From positions 1 to 56,622 of the forward strand of contig CAZVQM010000001.1 in the NCBI GenBank assembly GCA_964629265.1: a stretch of DNA of 56,622 bases, read 5' to 3'. The notes under the pieces were generated by a model. It worked only from the letters and a program-made list of their open reading frames with translations. It did no database searches and was not told the DNA's origin. Source of the stretch: an uncultured Candidatus Saccharibacteria bacterium. GTDB taxonomy: Bacteria > Patescibacteriota > Minisyncoccia > Sungbacterales > HO2-52-23. A program made the translations under genes and the position numbers. This document shows, in pieces, positions 36,498 through 44,931 of the stretch (position 1 is the stretch's first letter; every line of letters starts with the position of its first letter).

Positions 36498-38264
36498 TCA
36501 CTTGTGCATAGAATGCATGCGAGAAAAAACCGACTTCGGATCAGCCAGAAGGTCGCGCGGCCGCCCCTCCTCTTTCACCGATCCTTCGTCTAGCACGAAA
36601 ATTCGATCTGCGCCCATTACCGTTGAAAGACGGTGCGCAATAATAATGATCGTGACTTTCCCCCGCAAATTCTCAATGGCGTGCTGTATATGCCTTTCGG
36701 ACTCAATATCCAAAGCACTCGTCGCCTCGTCAAGTATAAGGACGGAGGGGAGTTCTGCAAGAGCCCGTGCGAGGACAATCCGTTGGCGCTGCCCGCCAGA
36801 AAGCATCGTCCCCCGTTCTCCCACCACCGTCCGGATTCCTTGGGGAAGGGACATCACAAAGTCGTGTATGTAGGCACGCTGCAATGCAAAACGTATGTCT
36901 TCGTCTGATACATTACCCCGATAAAATCTTACGTTGTGCTCAATAGTATCGTTTAATAAAAAAATATCCTGCGATACGTAGCTAATGCGTTTTCTCCACT
37001 CATGGAGATCAAATTCCTCTGCCGGTCTTCCATCAAGAAGGATTCCGCCCCCTTGAGGCGAAAAAAACCTCATCAGGAGATCCGCAATCGTTGTCTTCCC
37101 GGCGCCTGAAACTCCTACAATCCCTACCATTTCTCCCTTTTTTACGGAAAACGACAAATGAGAGAAGAGCTCCGTCTTACCCGTATGAGAGAACGTAACG
37201 CCGCGAAACATTACCTCATGCTCAAAGCGAAACGGAAGTCCCTGCCGGAATTCCTCTTGAGAACCTGACAACATACGCTTAAACTGCTCCACGAATACGA
37301 CATGGGGTAACGATTCATTGATATCATGCAGAGCGCCTTGGATAAGTTCAATCTGCAAAAATATCTGCTGTACGAGATAGATGATTGCGACAAACGACTC
37401 AAAGTGAAATTCCGTCGTATAGTATGAGAAAAGAAAAATGCTTGATATAAGGACAACACTCGCCGGTTCAATCGCTTGCTTATTGAGCGACCGAATGATA
37501 TTCCCTTTCAACTCAAGCGAGCGCCATTGATTAAACTGCTCTTCGCCGCGCAGAAGTACCTCATCTTCCACCGCCAATGCCTTAATGGTCTTAAGCCCTC
37601 CCAAATGCTCAATGAGATATTGGAAAAGATTCTTACTTTCACGCGCAAACGCCTCTCGGAGCACCTTTGTCTTCCGGAGCAAAGGTCCGAGTATAGCGAG
37701 AAGAATTCCTCCTACCATGACAGTAATTATTGTGATCGGGTAAGAGATGGTGAACGCGACAGACAAAAATACCGCCACGCTCACAAATGCAAGGGGCAAA
37801 TATGCGAGAGAACCGAGAAGTTGCGAACTCCGATCTACGTCTTGGGTGAGCGCCGTCTGGATGTAGCCTGCCTTCTGAAAAAGAAGTACCGGCCATCGCG
37901 CGCGAAGTACTTTTCGTAAGATATCACCCATCTCCCGCGTACGGTAATGATACATAACGCTGAGCCGGACATAACTAAACAAAAAAAGAAAGCCCGCCTT
38001 TAAAACAAAGAAGATGATAATAAAAACTGCAAGCGACCGAATATCATACGGAAACGGAAGATACTGAAAAACCGCCGCCACAAAGCGGGTAATCATGTTT
38101 TCCCCACCGCCCTCTCCCCCGATGACAAACGAGAGGAGCGGAATCACCATACCTACGCCGACGCTCGCTGCAATACTCCCCGCGAGCCCAACGCATCCCA
38201 TAAGAACAAGTTGAGGGAGGTAGGGGCGATATGTCCGAATCAAAAGACGAAACGTCTCCTTCAT
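36498..38264 (-). CDS. ABC exporter, fused permease-ATPase (MsbA/PglK/Wzk-like)
   Basis: N-terminal six-TM-type domain, Walker A 'GVSGAGKTT', signature 'LSGGQRQR' and Walker B 'ILILDEATSALD'. Confidence 0.9.
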   Translation of the reverse strand: MKETFRLLIRTYRPYLPQLVLMGCVGLAGSIAASVGVGMVIPLLSFVIGGEGGGENMITRFVAAVFQYLPFPYDIRSLAVFIIIFFVLKAGFLFLFSYVRLSVMYHYRTREMGDILRKVLRARWPVLLFQKAGYIQTALTQDVDRSSQLLGSLAYLPLAFVSVAVFLSVAFTISYPITIITVMVGGILLAILGPLLRKTKVLREAFARESKNLFQYLIEHLGGLKTIKALAVEDEVLLRGEEQFNQWRSLELKGNIIRSLNKQAIEPASVVLISSIFLFSYYTTEFHFESFVAIIYLVQQIFLQIELIQGALHDINESLPHVVFVEQFKRMLSGSQEEFRQGLPFRFEHEVMFRGVTFSHTGKTELFSHLSFSVKKGEMVGIVGVSGAGKTTIADLLMRFFSPQGGGILLDGRPAEEFDLHEWRKRISYVSQDIFLLNDTIEHNVRFYRGNVSDEDIRFALQRAYIHDFVMSLPQGIRTVVGERGTMLSGGQRQRIVLARALAELPSVLILDEATSALDIESERHIQHAIENLRGKVTIIIIAHRLSTVMGADRIFVLDEGSVKEEGRPRDLLADPKSVFSRMHSMHK

Positions 38265-38292
38265 ATACCTTCTTCAATCATACCTTTCTCTT

Positions 38293-39615
38293 CTACAAGG
38301 ATGCATGGAATTGTTTCTGAACGGAAAACGAAGGGAAATCAATGCGACTGAGAACATCGACTATCTTTTTTGCGGCAGTACCGTCTCCGAAAAGATTGGT
38401 TGAAGGATACGGGCCATATTCCAATTGCCACTCAATCACAGAACGAATGTCGTCGGCGTGAGCTTCTGCATCAATCACATTCACGCCCCGCTCGCGTCCA
38501 TCCTGGCGATTCCCCACGAGGACAACGGGAGTGCCGAAATATCCTCCCTCCCGCAGAAAACTGGAAGAATTTCCAACCGCAACCGCGGCATGTTTAAGAA
38601 TTCGACAAAAATCTTTTGGAGAAAATCCGCGAAAAAACACCGCCGTTGTCTTTGCGGCCGAATGCTGACGTTCACGATATTCCCGAATTGCCGAAGAAAT
38701 ACCGTCTTGACCTCCATCAATATTCGGAGCAATAAAAATCTTCGGCAGATCGAATACATCAACTGCTTTCAAAATACTCTCCATATTCTCATAGCTTGAC
38801 CGATATTCCGTGGTTACCGGATGTTGGGAAACAATAATAAATGGTTTGCGGAGATCAACGCCGCGGAGGTTATCCGCTTTCCATACCCCGGGGCCATGCA
38901 TATCACGAAATGGCTCGTTAAGCGACAGATCAATTCCCATCAAAAAATCAATAATAGGGGAACCGGCGAGGTGGACAGAGCGGGGGTCCTCACCCATTGC
39001 AAGAATACGCTCTTTTGATTTTTGCGTCACCGGAAAATGAATATGAGCCAATTTCGTAATCGCGTGGCGGACACTGTTATCGATTGTACCGGAAACGTCT
39101 CCGCCCTCGAGATGCGCAATCGGAATATTTAAAAACGCGGCTGCCATCGCGACCGGAAGTATCTCAAACCGATCGCCGTGAAGAAGCAAAACGTCTGGCC
39201 GAAGACTTTCAAAAATGTCCGGAATACCCAAGAGTCCGAAGGCGGCTGATTTGACCATTGTAGTAAGATTTCCACCTTCAAGAAACAAAGGAAGCCGCGC
39301 GCTGATCGGGAAACCATCAGCTGTAAGTACCCGCATAAGATACTCCATCTGATGAATTTCGTGATGAGGCTTCAGAAGCGCTGATGTGCGCGCACGAATA
39401 TACCATGGCAGAGAACGAAAAAACGACACCGGCTCTCCGTGGCGAAGATACCAGAGGAGGTGGTCGAAAAAGAGCGGGGTTCCAACAATAACCTGAAGCT
39501 CAAAATTTGGATGATTTTGAACAGCCCCCATAACGGGTTTGAGCCGTCCATAATCGGCGCGGCTTGTTGTGACAACACAAATTTTTTTCTTTTTCGTTAC
39601 TTCACGTGATTCCAT
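38293..39615 (-). CDS. UDP-N-acetylglucosamine 2-epimerase (hydrolysing), NeuC/LegG type, with an N-domain insertion
   Basis: Motifs 'KICVVTTSRADYGRLKPV', 'LLLHGDRFEIL', 'HLEGGDVSGTIDNSVRHAITKLAHIHF' and 'NSSSFLREG'. It is ~440 aa versus ~370-390 for typical NeuC. Confidence 0.85.
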   Translation of the reverse strand: MESREVTKKKKICVVTTSRADYGRLKPVMGAVQNHPNFELQVIVGTPLFFDHLLWYLRHGEPVSFFRSLPWYIRARTSALLKPHHEIHQMEYLMRVLTADGFPISARLPLFLEGGNLTTMVKSAAFGLLGIPDIFESLRPDVLLLHGDRFEILPVAMAAAFLNIPIAHLEGGDVSGTIDNSVRHAITKLAHIHFPVTQKSKERILAMGEDPRSVHLAGSPIIDFLMGIDLSLNEPFRDMHGPGVWKADNLRGVDLRKPFIIVSQHPVTTEYRSSYENMESILKAVDVFDLPKIFIAPNIDGGQDGISSAIREYRERQHSAAKTTAVFFRGFSPKDFCRILKHAAVAVGNSSSFLREGGYFGTPVVLVGNRQDGRERGVNVIDAEAHADDIRSVIEWQLEYGPYPSTNLFGDGTAAKKIVDVLSRIDFPSFSVQKQFHASL

Positions 39616-40640
39616 CGAAGCTGTGTGTCCTTCGGTATATCTCGCCGAGCCCGCCGCCCGAGTATACGTTTAAATCCCTCTGCACGGATTTGACCAGTTC
39701 CCGGCCGTTTCACCCAAAGATTTTCCATGGTAAATTTTTCTCCTTTCTTTACCGGCGCAATAGTTACTACTGACGCAAACGCAAAATCAATCGTCGGCTG
39801 TTCTTCTTTGAGGGGGCCTTTGTGCTCTCCGCGCGACTCCCAGATGGCGCGCGATCCCGTAATAAGCATTTTTAATTCTTGCGGATCCATGGAAACCAGA
39901 ATGTCCTCCCCTTTCCATGTACGGTCGGACGTAAAATGCCGTTCAAGAACCGATGCGCCAAGTGCAACCGCGCCCAAGGCCGCCCACGGGCCTTTTGAGT
40001 GATTCGAAAGCCCTACAACGGTATCAGGGAACGCTTTGCGTAACTTTGCAACCGCTTGAAGATACACGCGGTTCCAGGGAGTTGGATACATATTCGTACA
40101 GTGAAGAAGTACGAACGGAACCTTATGCTTGCGTAAAATGGCAACTGTTTTTTTGATTGACGGAATATCGTTCATGCCGGTTGAAACAATCATCGGCTTT
40201 CCGAACCGAGCAACATGCTCCACCAAGGGATAATTATTGCATTCTCCTGATCCGATTTTAAATGCCTTCACGCCAATTTTTTGAAGTCGATTCGCAGCGG
40301 CGCGCGAAAACGGCGTTGAAAGAAAAATCATTCCGAATCTTTCCGTGTAGCGCTTCAGTTCGCGCTCTTGCGTTTCCGAAAGCGCCGAGCGCTCCATAAC
40401 CTCCCAAATAGAAACCTTAGAATTTGCCGGAATTGTTTTTCGCGCTTCCGCTTCAAGCATTTCATCCTCAAGGACATGCCCCTGAAATTTCACACATTCG
40501 GCCCCAGCCCGCGCCGCATCGCGGATCATCCGCTTTGCTTTTGCAAGATTCCCATTGTGATTAATGCCGATTTCCGCGATTACAAACGGCGGATAATCAA
40601 GACCGATTTTTCTTTCCGAAATAGTAATAGAGGGATTCAT
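39597..40640 (-). CDS. NeuB-family N-acylneuraminate/legionaminate-type synthase with SAF domain
   Basis: Motif 'FVIAEIGINHNGNLAKAKRMIRDAARAGAECVKFQ' and a C-terminal SAF-like 'VKKGEKFTMENLWVKRPGTG'. Confidence 0.9.
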   Translation of the reverse strand: MNPSITISERKIGLDYPPFVIAEIGINHNGNLAKAKRMIRDAARAGAECVKFQGHVLEDEMLEAEARKTIPANSKVSIWEVMERSALSETQERELKRYTERFGMIFLSTPFSRAAANRLQKIGVKAFKIGSGECNNYPLVEHVARFGKPMIVSTGMNDIPSIKKTVAILRKHKVPFVLLHCTNMYPTPWNRVYLQAVAKLRKAFPDTVVGLSNHSKGPWAALGAVALGASVLERHFTSDRTWKGEDILVSMDPQELKMLITGSRAIWESRGEHKGPLKEEQPTIDFAFASVVTIAPVKKGEKFTMENLWVKRPGTGQIRAEGFKRILGRRARRDIPKDTQLRWNHVK

Positions 40641-40646
40641 ATAATG

Positions 40647-41381
40647 CTAGGGTTTCTCTTCTTCTAGTATTTTTTTAAATTTTTCTTCTGCGGCTTCCCA
40701 ATCTGACGGCTCGTCGATATCAAAGGCAAATTTCTTATCTACTACGCACCCGCGCGAATCATCGCCGTAGATATTCGGCTCCGGAGAAAACAAGAGCGAC
40801 GACTGAAACGCATAGACGGAACTGTTCCGATAATATGTTTTGGGAAGCGATTGCCTGCGGGGAACAAAATTTTTTAACGGACCCCCGGCAAAGATGGAGA
40901 GGCGATCGTGTGCAGCCATCGTAACCTGCCACATCGGATTCAATACGCCGGGTACCTCTGCAACGCTGATAACCGAGTCCGCTCCGGTCGCCCTCAACTT
41001 CTCAACGATCTCCCGGACGTGATAGGGCCGTTTTGCGGCAGACGTCGGTTCGAAAAGCACGACATATTCCGGCACATAGTTTTCGCGCTCTTTAAGCCAT
41101 GAAAGCGCATGCACCAAAACCGGCAGAGTCGGCGTATTATCCTCGGCAAGTTCCGCGGGACGCATAAACGGAACCTCTGCTCCGTACATACGCGCGACCG
41201 CCGCAATTTCTTCCTCATCTGTACTCACAATAACGCGATCAACGATTCCGCTTTTCTTGAGCGTCTCAATAGCCCATGCAAGAAGTGGCTTTCCGCAAAA
41301 CGGTTTGATGTTCTTGCGCGGGATCGCTTTTGAACCGCCGCGCGCGGGAATAATACCGAGAATATCTTTCTTAACTTTCAT
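40647..41381 (-). CDS. Acylneuraminate (CMP-ulosonic acid) cytidylyltransferase family, copy 3
   Basis: Motif 'ILGIIPARGGSKAIPRKNIKPFCGKPLLAWAI'. The ATG at 41381 (MKVKKD) is preferred. The 61-aa N-terminal extension in the track overlaps the upstream gene. Confidence 0.85.
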   Translation of the reverse strand: MKVKKDILGIIPARGGSKAIPRKNIKPFCGKPLLAWAIETLKKSGIVDRVIVSTDEEEIAAVARMYGAEVPFMRPAELAEDNTPTLPVLVHALSWLKERENYVPEYVVLFEPTSAAKRPYHVREIVEKLRATGADSVISVAEVPGVLNPMWQVTMAAHDRLSIFAGGPLKNFVPRRQSLPKTYYRNSSVYAFQSSLLFSPEPNIYGDDSRGCVVDKKFAFDIDEPSDWEAAEEKFKKILEEEKP

Positions 41382-41457
41382 GCAACAAATATAACGTATA
41401 CGGCTATTGAAAAGTTTTTGAGTTGACTGATTAAAAAATTGCGCTAATGCGCCACAT

Positions 41458-42825
41458 CTAGTTGCGAGAAAACATGAGAGCGGCGTGTGCAACGCGATCC
41501 GCTGAATGACCATCGAGCTTCCAGATAAATTCCTGCCGAATTCGTTCTCGTCCTTCCGCATCAAGATTCGGATTATCTAAATAATTATTTATATATGTAA
41601 TGAGCGATTCGCGCGTATACGCAATCGCAAATCCTTTCGTGCGCGAAAGCGCAATGTAGTGGGAATAATCATGATAGTAACGCTTTACGGAGCGCCAATG
41701 TGGCTCCTGCGACTTTCCGTCAAACGCAACGCATACGATCGGCTTGTCGAACGCAGCGGCGTCAACGGTCATAGTGGAAGCAGTTGTCACAAGCACATCG
41801 CAATGTGCAAGGGAATTCGCGAGATGAACAACCTGTTCTTGCTCCATTTCCCAACTTGACCGGTCCTTCCCGCTATATGACGAAATACCACTATCAAAAA
41901 CCACATTCCCGAGGCGCTTTACAGAATTCTCATCAAAACGAAAAGCGGGATGGGGCCGAAATACAAGAACAACCTCTTTTGCGTCTTCAATCATCCCCTC
42001 CCGGAGCTTCCGCGCGATTATTTCGAGTACTTCAATTTCATGCGGTGCATGAAAATCCCCAATTCCCGCAAAAAGAATCATTTTCTTTTTTGGATCAATA
42101 CCGAGTTTCCGAAAAAATTCCTCCCTCGGCACTATTATATCCTTCACATACCAATCAAAATGAGGAATGCCGACTAGTCGGATCCGTTCCCGCGGGTACT
42201 GTTGCACATATTCCATCTTTTCTGCAATATAAGGACTCCAAACAAGGAGTACAACATGAATATATGGAACAAGACCGCCGCGAGAAGTTGGGTTGTCCCA
42301 ACTTCGCACCATACCGACAACCGGAACATTATTCTTGTGCGCTGCTATCGTTGCATCAAAATCTAATTCGATTTGGACATCCGTGGAAAAAAGCAAATCT
42401 GGCTTTTCACGAGAAAAAAGCTCTTCCATGGCACGCGAAGGCGCACGAAGCAAAAAAAGACGCCGCACAAACGCGTGGAACCATTTACTTTTTCCAAAAA
42501 GATAGATAAAAGTCCTCTTTGCGGCAAAAGCGACATACCTTCCCTCCATATGGGTCCGCTGATCCATAAGAATTGTTTCGGTCCATAAACCATTTCGAAT
42601 ACAGTATGAGAGTACGCGTTCAAAAAACGAGAGGGGCCGGCCGAGAATTCCAAAAACAGAAATTCGATCCGACCCAAATTCTGTCCGATAGAACTCTTCT
42701 TTGTCCGCATGTGTAACAAGTCCCACGTGAACATCGCTATGCTGAATAATCTTTTCAAGCACAAAAGAGCGAAGAATATTTCTCGCAATCGATCCGTCAT
42801 TTACGGTAATAAAGATTTTTTTCAT
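41458..42825 (-). CDS. Uncharacterised 'SWDN-motif' two-Rossmann-like protein (paralogue C)
   Basis: Motifs 'GMVRSWDNPTSRGGL', 'IRLVGIPHFDWY' and 'LVFRPHPAFR'. The N-terminal 'IFITVNDGSIARNILRS' parallels 'VIFLTLAAGQEIRNILYG' of paralogue B. Confidence 0.7.
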   Translation of the reverse strand: MKKIFITVNDGSIARNILRSFVLEKIIQHSDVHVGLVTHADKEEFYRTEFGSDRISVFGILGRPLSFFERVLSYCIRNGLWTETILMDQRTHMEGRYVAFAAKRTFIYLFGKSKWFHAFVRRLFLLRAPSRAMEELFSREKPDLLFSTDVQIELDFDATIAAHKNNVPVVGMVRSWDNPTSRGGLVPYIHVVLLVWSPYIAEKMEYVQQYPRERIRLVGIPHFDWYVKDIIVPREEFFRKLGIDPKKKMILFAGIGDFHAPHEIEVLEIIARKLREGMIEDAKEVVLVFRPHPAFRFDENSVKRLGNVVFDSGISSYSGKDRSSWEMEQEQVVHLANSLAHCDVLVTTASTMTVDAAAFDKPIVCVAFDGKSQEPHWRSVKRYYHDYSHYIALSRTKGFAIAYTRESLITYINNYLDNPNLDAEGRERIRQEFIWKLDGHSADRVAHAALMFSRN

Positions 42826-43985
42826 GGCTTAGTTGGAAAACCAAGAGAACGGACAAATTCAAGAATAGCCGCGTTTCGCTTCTCCCATGAGTATTTTTGT
42901 ACTTCGCGGCTACCCCTCTCCACTCGTTGATCCGTCTCCTTGGGGTCTGCGAATGCGGTGTGGATAGCACGTGCAAATGACGAAGGGATGTCTGCCTCTG
43001 CGAAGAAAACCATTGAATCATCAACAATATTTCGAATAGACGGAAGATCAGAAGCAATGATTGGCCTCCCGGACGCCATATACTCAAAGAGTTTCACCGG
43101 AGACGTCTCAACGCGCGACGCTTCGTCTTTTGAGGTATTGGGAAGCACAAGAATGTCTGCGGCGCGAAGCCACATCGGAATTTCGGCATGAGGCCTTCTT
43201 CCGGCGATAACAATATTCTTAACTTTTAACTTTTCACTTTTAATCTTAAACTTTTCAATATCCTCGTCTGTGCCGCCAACGAAATACAGTATTTCGTCTT
43301 CATTGAGAAATTGGTGCGCATCAAAAAGCGTTTGAACGCCCTTCCAACCGAACAGATGGCCGGTATACAATACGATTTTTTTATCAAGGGGGAGAGATAA
43401 TTTTTCCCGCGCCTCTCTTTGCGAGATATCGATCGAGAACATATCAATATCGACAGCATTTGGCTGATGGAGCATGCGGAAAACAGGAATGCTAAAATCA
43501 TTTTTCAATGCCTCCACTTTGATTCGGTTTGTGACAATGAAACCCGATATACGCCGGAATACGAAACGGTTCAACGCCTCAATGCGGGATTTGTAGAAAT
43601 CATGAATCTCAAGGGTCATGGGGCGACGAAGAAACGAAATCAACGCCGCGTCCCGCGCGTCATGGAAATAGAGAAGCGCGCGGCGACGGAACGCGACAGA
43701 AAAAAACGCGGATACATTAAATGACGCAAGAAGGATATAAAAAGAAGAAGAGCCGGGAAAAACACCGAGAAGATCAATAACCGGTATCCGTCGAATCCGG
43801 AAGTTTTTCTCGATCCCGTGATGAGAAAACGGATCAACGCCGTGAAAAGCGGGATTCCTACGCCACGGAACCAAAAGTTCAACTTCGTGTCCGGAACGCG
43901 CGAAGCCCTCACACGTCTTCATAATAAGAGGCGACATCGTCTTTTCGGACGGAAACCGCCAATGCGATACGTATACTATTTCCAT
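42822..43985 (-). CDS. GT4 (GT-B fold) glycosyltransferase
   Basis: Motifs 'VKLFEYMASGRPIIASDLPS' and an N-terminal 'MEIVYVSHWRFPSEKT'. ATGA overlap with the downstream gene. Confidence 0.8.
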   Translation of the reverse strand: MEIVYVSHWRFPSEKTMSPLIMKTCEGFARSGHEVELLVPWRRNPAFHGVDPFSHHGIEKNFRIRRIPVIDLLGVFPGSSSFYILLASFNVSAFFSVAFRRRALLYFHDARDAALISFLRRPMTLEIHDFYKSRIEALNRFVFRRISGFIVTNRIKVEALKNDFSIPVFRMLHQPNAVDIDMFSIDISQREAREKLSLPLDKKIVLYTGHLFGWKGVQTLFDAHQFLNEDEILYFVGGTDEDIEKFKIKSEKLKVKNIVIAGRRPHAEIPMWLRAADILVLPNTSKDEASRVETSPVKLFEYMASGRPIIASDLPSIRNIVDDSMVFFAEADIPSSFARAIHTAFADPKETDQRVERGSREVQKYSWEKRNAAILEFVRSLGFPTKP

Positions 43986-44767
43986 AGGAGTCGCTTCCCG
44001 AGAAGCCCGAGAAGGCGCGCGTTATACTCGTGGCGCGCGTATTCGTAAAAAAGAGGGGGGCGCTTTCCGCTGCAAAACAAAAATCGGGGCATACGGAGAA
44101 CATGAACGAGCGACGCTCGAAAAGTATGCAGCATCTTCTTGAGAATCTTTATCCTTGAAACAGACCGGAGACCCTCTGACTCTATACGAAGATAGTGCGC
44201 CATCCTCCGGCGGACGCCTGCGACGTCCCCCAAGGGCACTAGGATAGGATGCGTTAAGGCGCCAACGCGCTCGCCGGGCAAAACCTCGATTCGTTCATGT
44301 ACCGATTTTATAAATCCCTTCACATGGCCCCGGTGAAAAAACCGCATCTGCTGATTCGGATACGACGTACTGCACCGAACGAGCTTCCCTTGATGCACGT
44401 ATATCCGCGGCGTCCACCATGCAAACGCCGACGGAGCTAAAATGATCTTTCGCATTTCTTCCGCGCATTCCGCTGACACATATTCGTCGGAATCGATATA
44501 GAATACCCACGGATTCCGAAGATGCGCCATACAGCTGTTCCGAACCGCACTAAAGTCCGTAATTTCTCCCTCGGCGTCGCGATGCCGCGCGTCTTGCACT
44601 GCGACCGACGCGCCGAATTCACGCGCAATGCTTGCTGTTTCATCGCTGCTGCTTCCGTCACAAACAAAAACCTCGTCAAAATCGCGAAGCGATTCAAGCG
44701 CACGGCGCAACGTTCGCGCAGAGTTTCTCGCAAGGATGAAAACAGAAATAGGAAGTTTATCCGGCAT
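43976..44767 (-). CDS. GT2 glycosyltransferase
   Basis: Motifs 'ISVFILARNSARTLRRALESL', 'VCDGSSSDET' and 'YIDSDEY' (DxD). Confidence 0.8.
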   Translation of the reverse strand: MPDKLPISVFILARNSARTLRRALESLRDFDEVFVCDGSSSDETASIAREFGASVAVQDARHRDAEGEITDFSAVRNSCMAHLRNPWVFYIDSDEYVSAECAEEMRKIILAPSAFAWWTPRIYVHQGKLVRCSTSYPNQQMRFFHRGHVKGFIKSVHERIEVLPGERVGALTHPILVPLGDVAGVRRRMAHYLRIESEGLRSVSRIKILKKMLHTFRASLVHVLRMPRFLFCSGKRPPLFYEYARHEYNARLLGLLGKRLLWK

Positions 44768-44768
44768 A

Positions 44769-44931
44769 GAAACTGTCTAAAAAGTCTGTTTCGTCGCGAA
44801 ATTGTCTGATTTCGAGCGAGCCGAGGACGGACGACGAAGGCGTATATGGAGAATATACGCCGAGGAGGACGGACAAAGGCGGAGCCGAAATCGGACAATT
44901 GCAGTAGAATAAGGGCTTTTTAGACAGTTTC
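44769..44931. repeat. 163-nt concentric nested palindromic element (element B) filling an intra-operon intergenic gap
   Basis: Perfect 16-bp outer IR GAAACTGTCTAAAAAG (44769-44784 / 44916-44931). A 17-bp inner IR (44798-44814 / 44886-44902, 2 mismatches). Central hairpin GGCGTATA-TGGAGAA-TATACGCC (44839-44861). All are centred at 44850. The central hairpin is flanked by direct G/A-rich repeats CCGAGGACGGACGACGAAGG / CCGAGGAGGACGGACAAAGG. Confidence 0.8.

Noticed and set aside
41382-41457. A possible terminator and promoter in the 76-nt gap upstream of neuA copy 3.
   Set aside because: The only hairpin is a 4-5-bp GCGC stem (GGCGC-ATTA-GCGC) with a T-run. The candidate -35/-10 hexamers are poor, so support is too weak to annotate.
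43221-43255. A 7-nt periodicity (AACTTTT AACTTTT CACTTTT AATCTTA AACTTTT) inside the GT4 gene 42822..43985.
   Set aside because: Only two adjacent copies are perfect. The stretch encodes a Lys-rich 'EKFKIKSEKLKVKN' segment at the normal position of the GT4 C-domain, so slippage potential is low. It is noted only as a weak analogue of the perfect heptamer tracts at 50.7-51.0 kb.
44848-44925. A tiny + strand ORF ('MENIRRGGRTKAEPKSDNCSRIRAF') inside palindromic element B, and SD-like GGAGG strings on the + strand.
   Set aside because: It is 25 codons long, lies entirely within a symmetric repeat and runs opposite to operon transcription. It is more parsimoniously a by-product of the palindrome.
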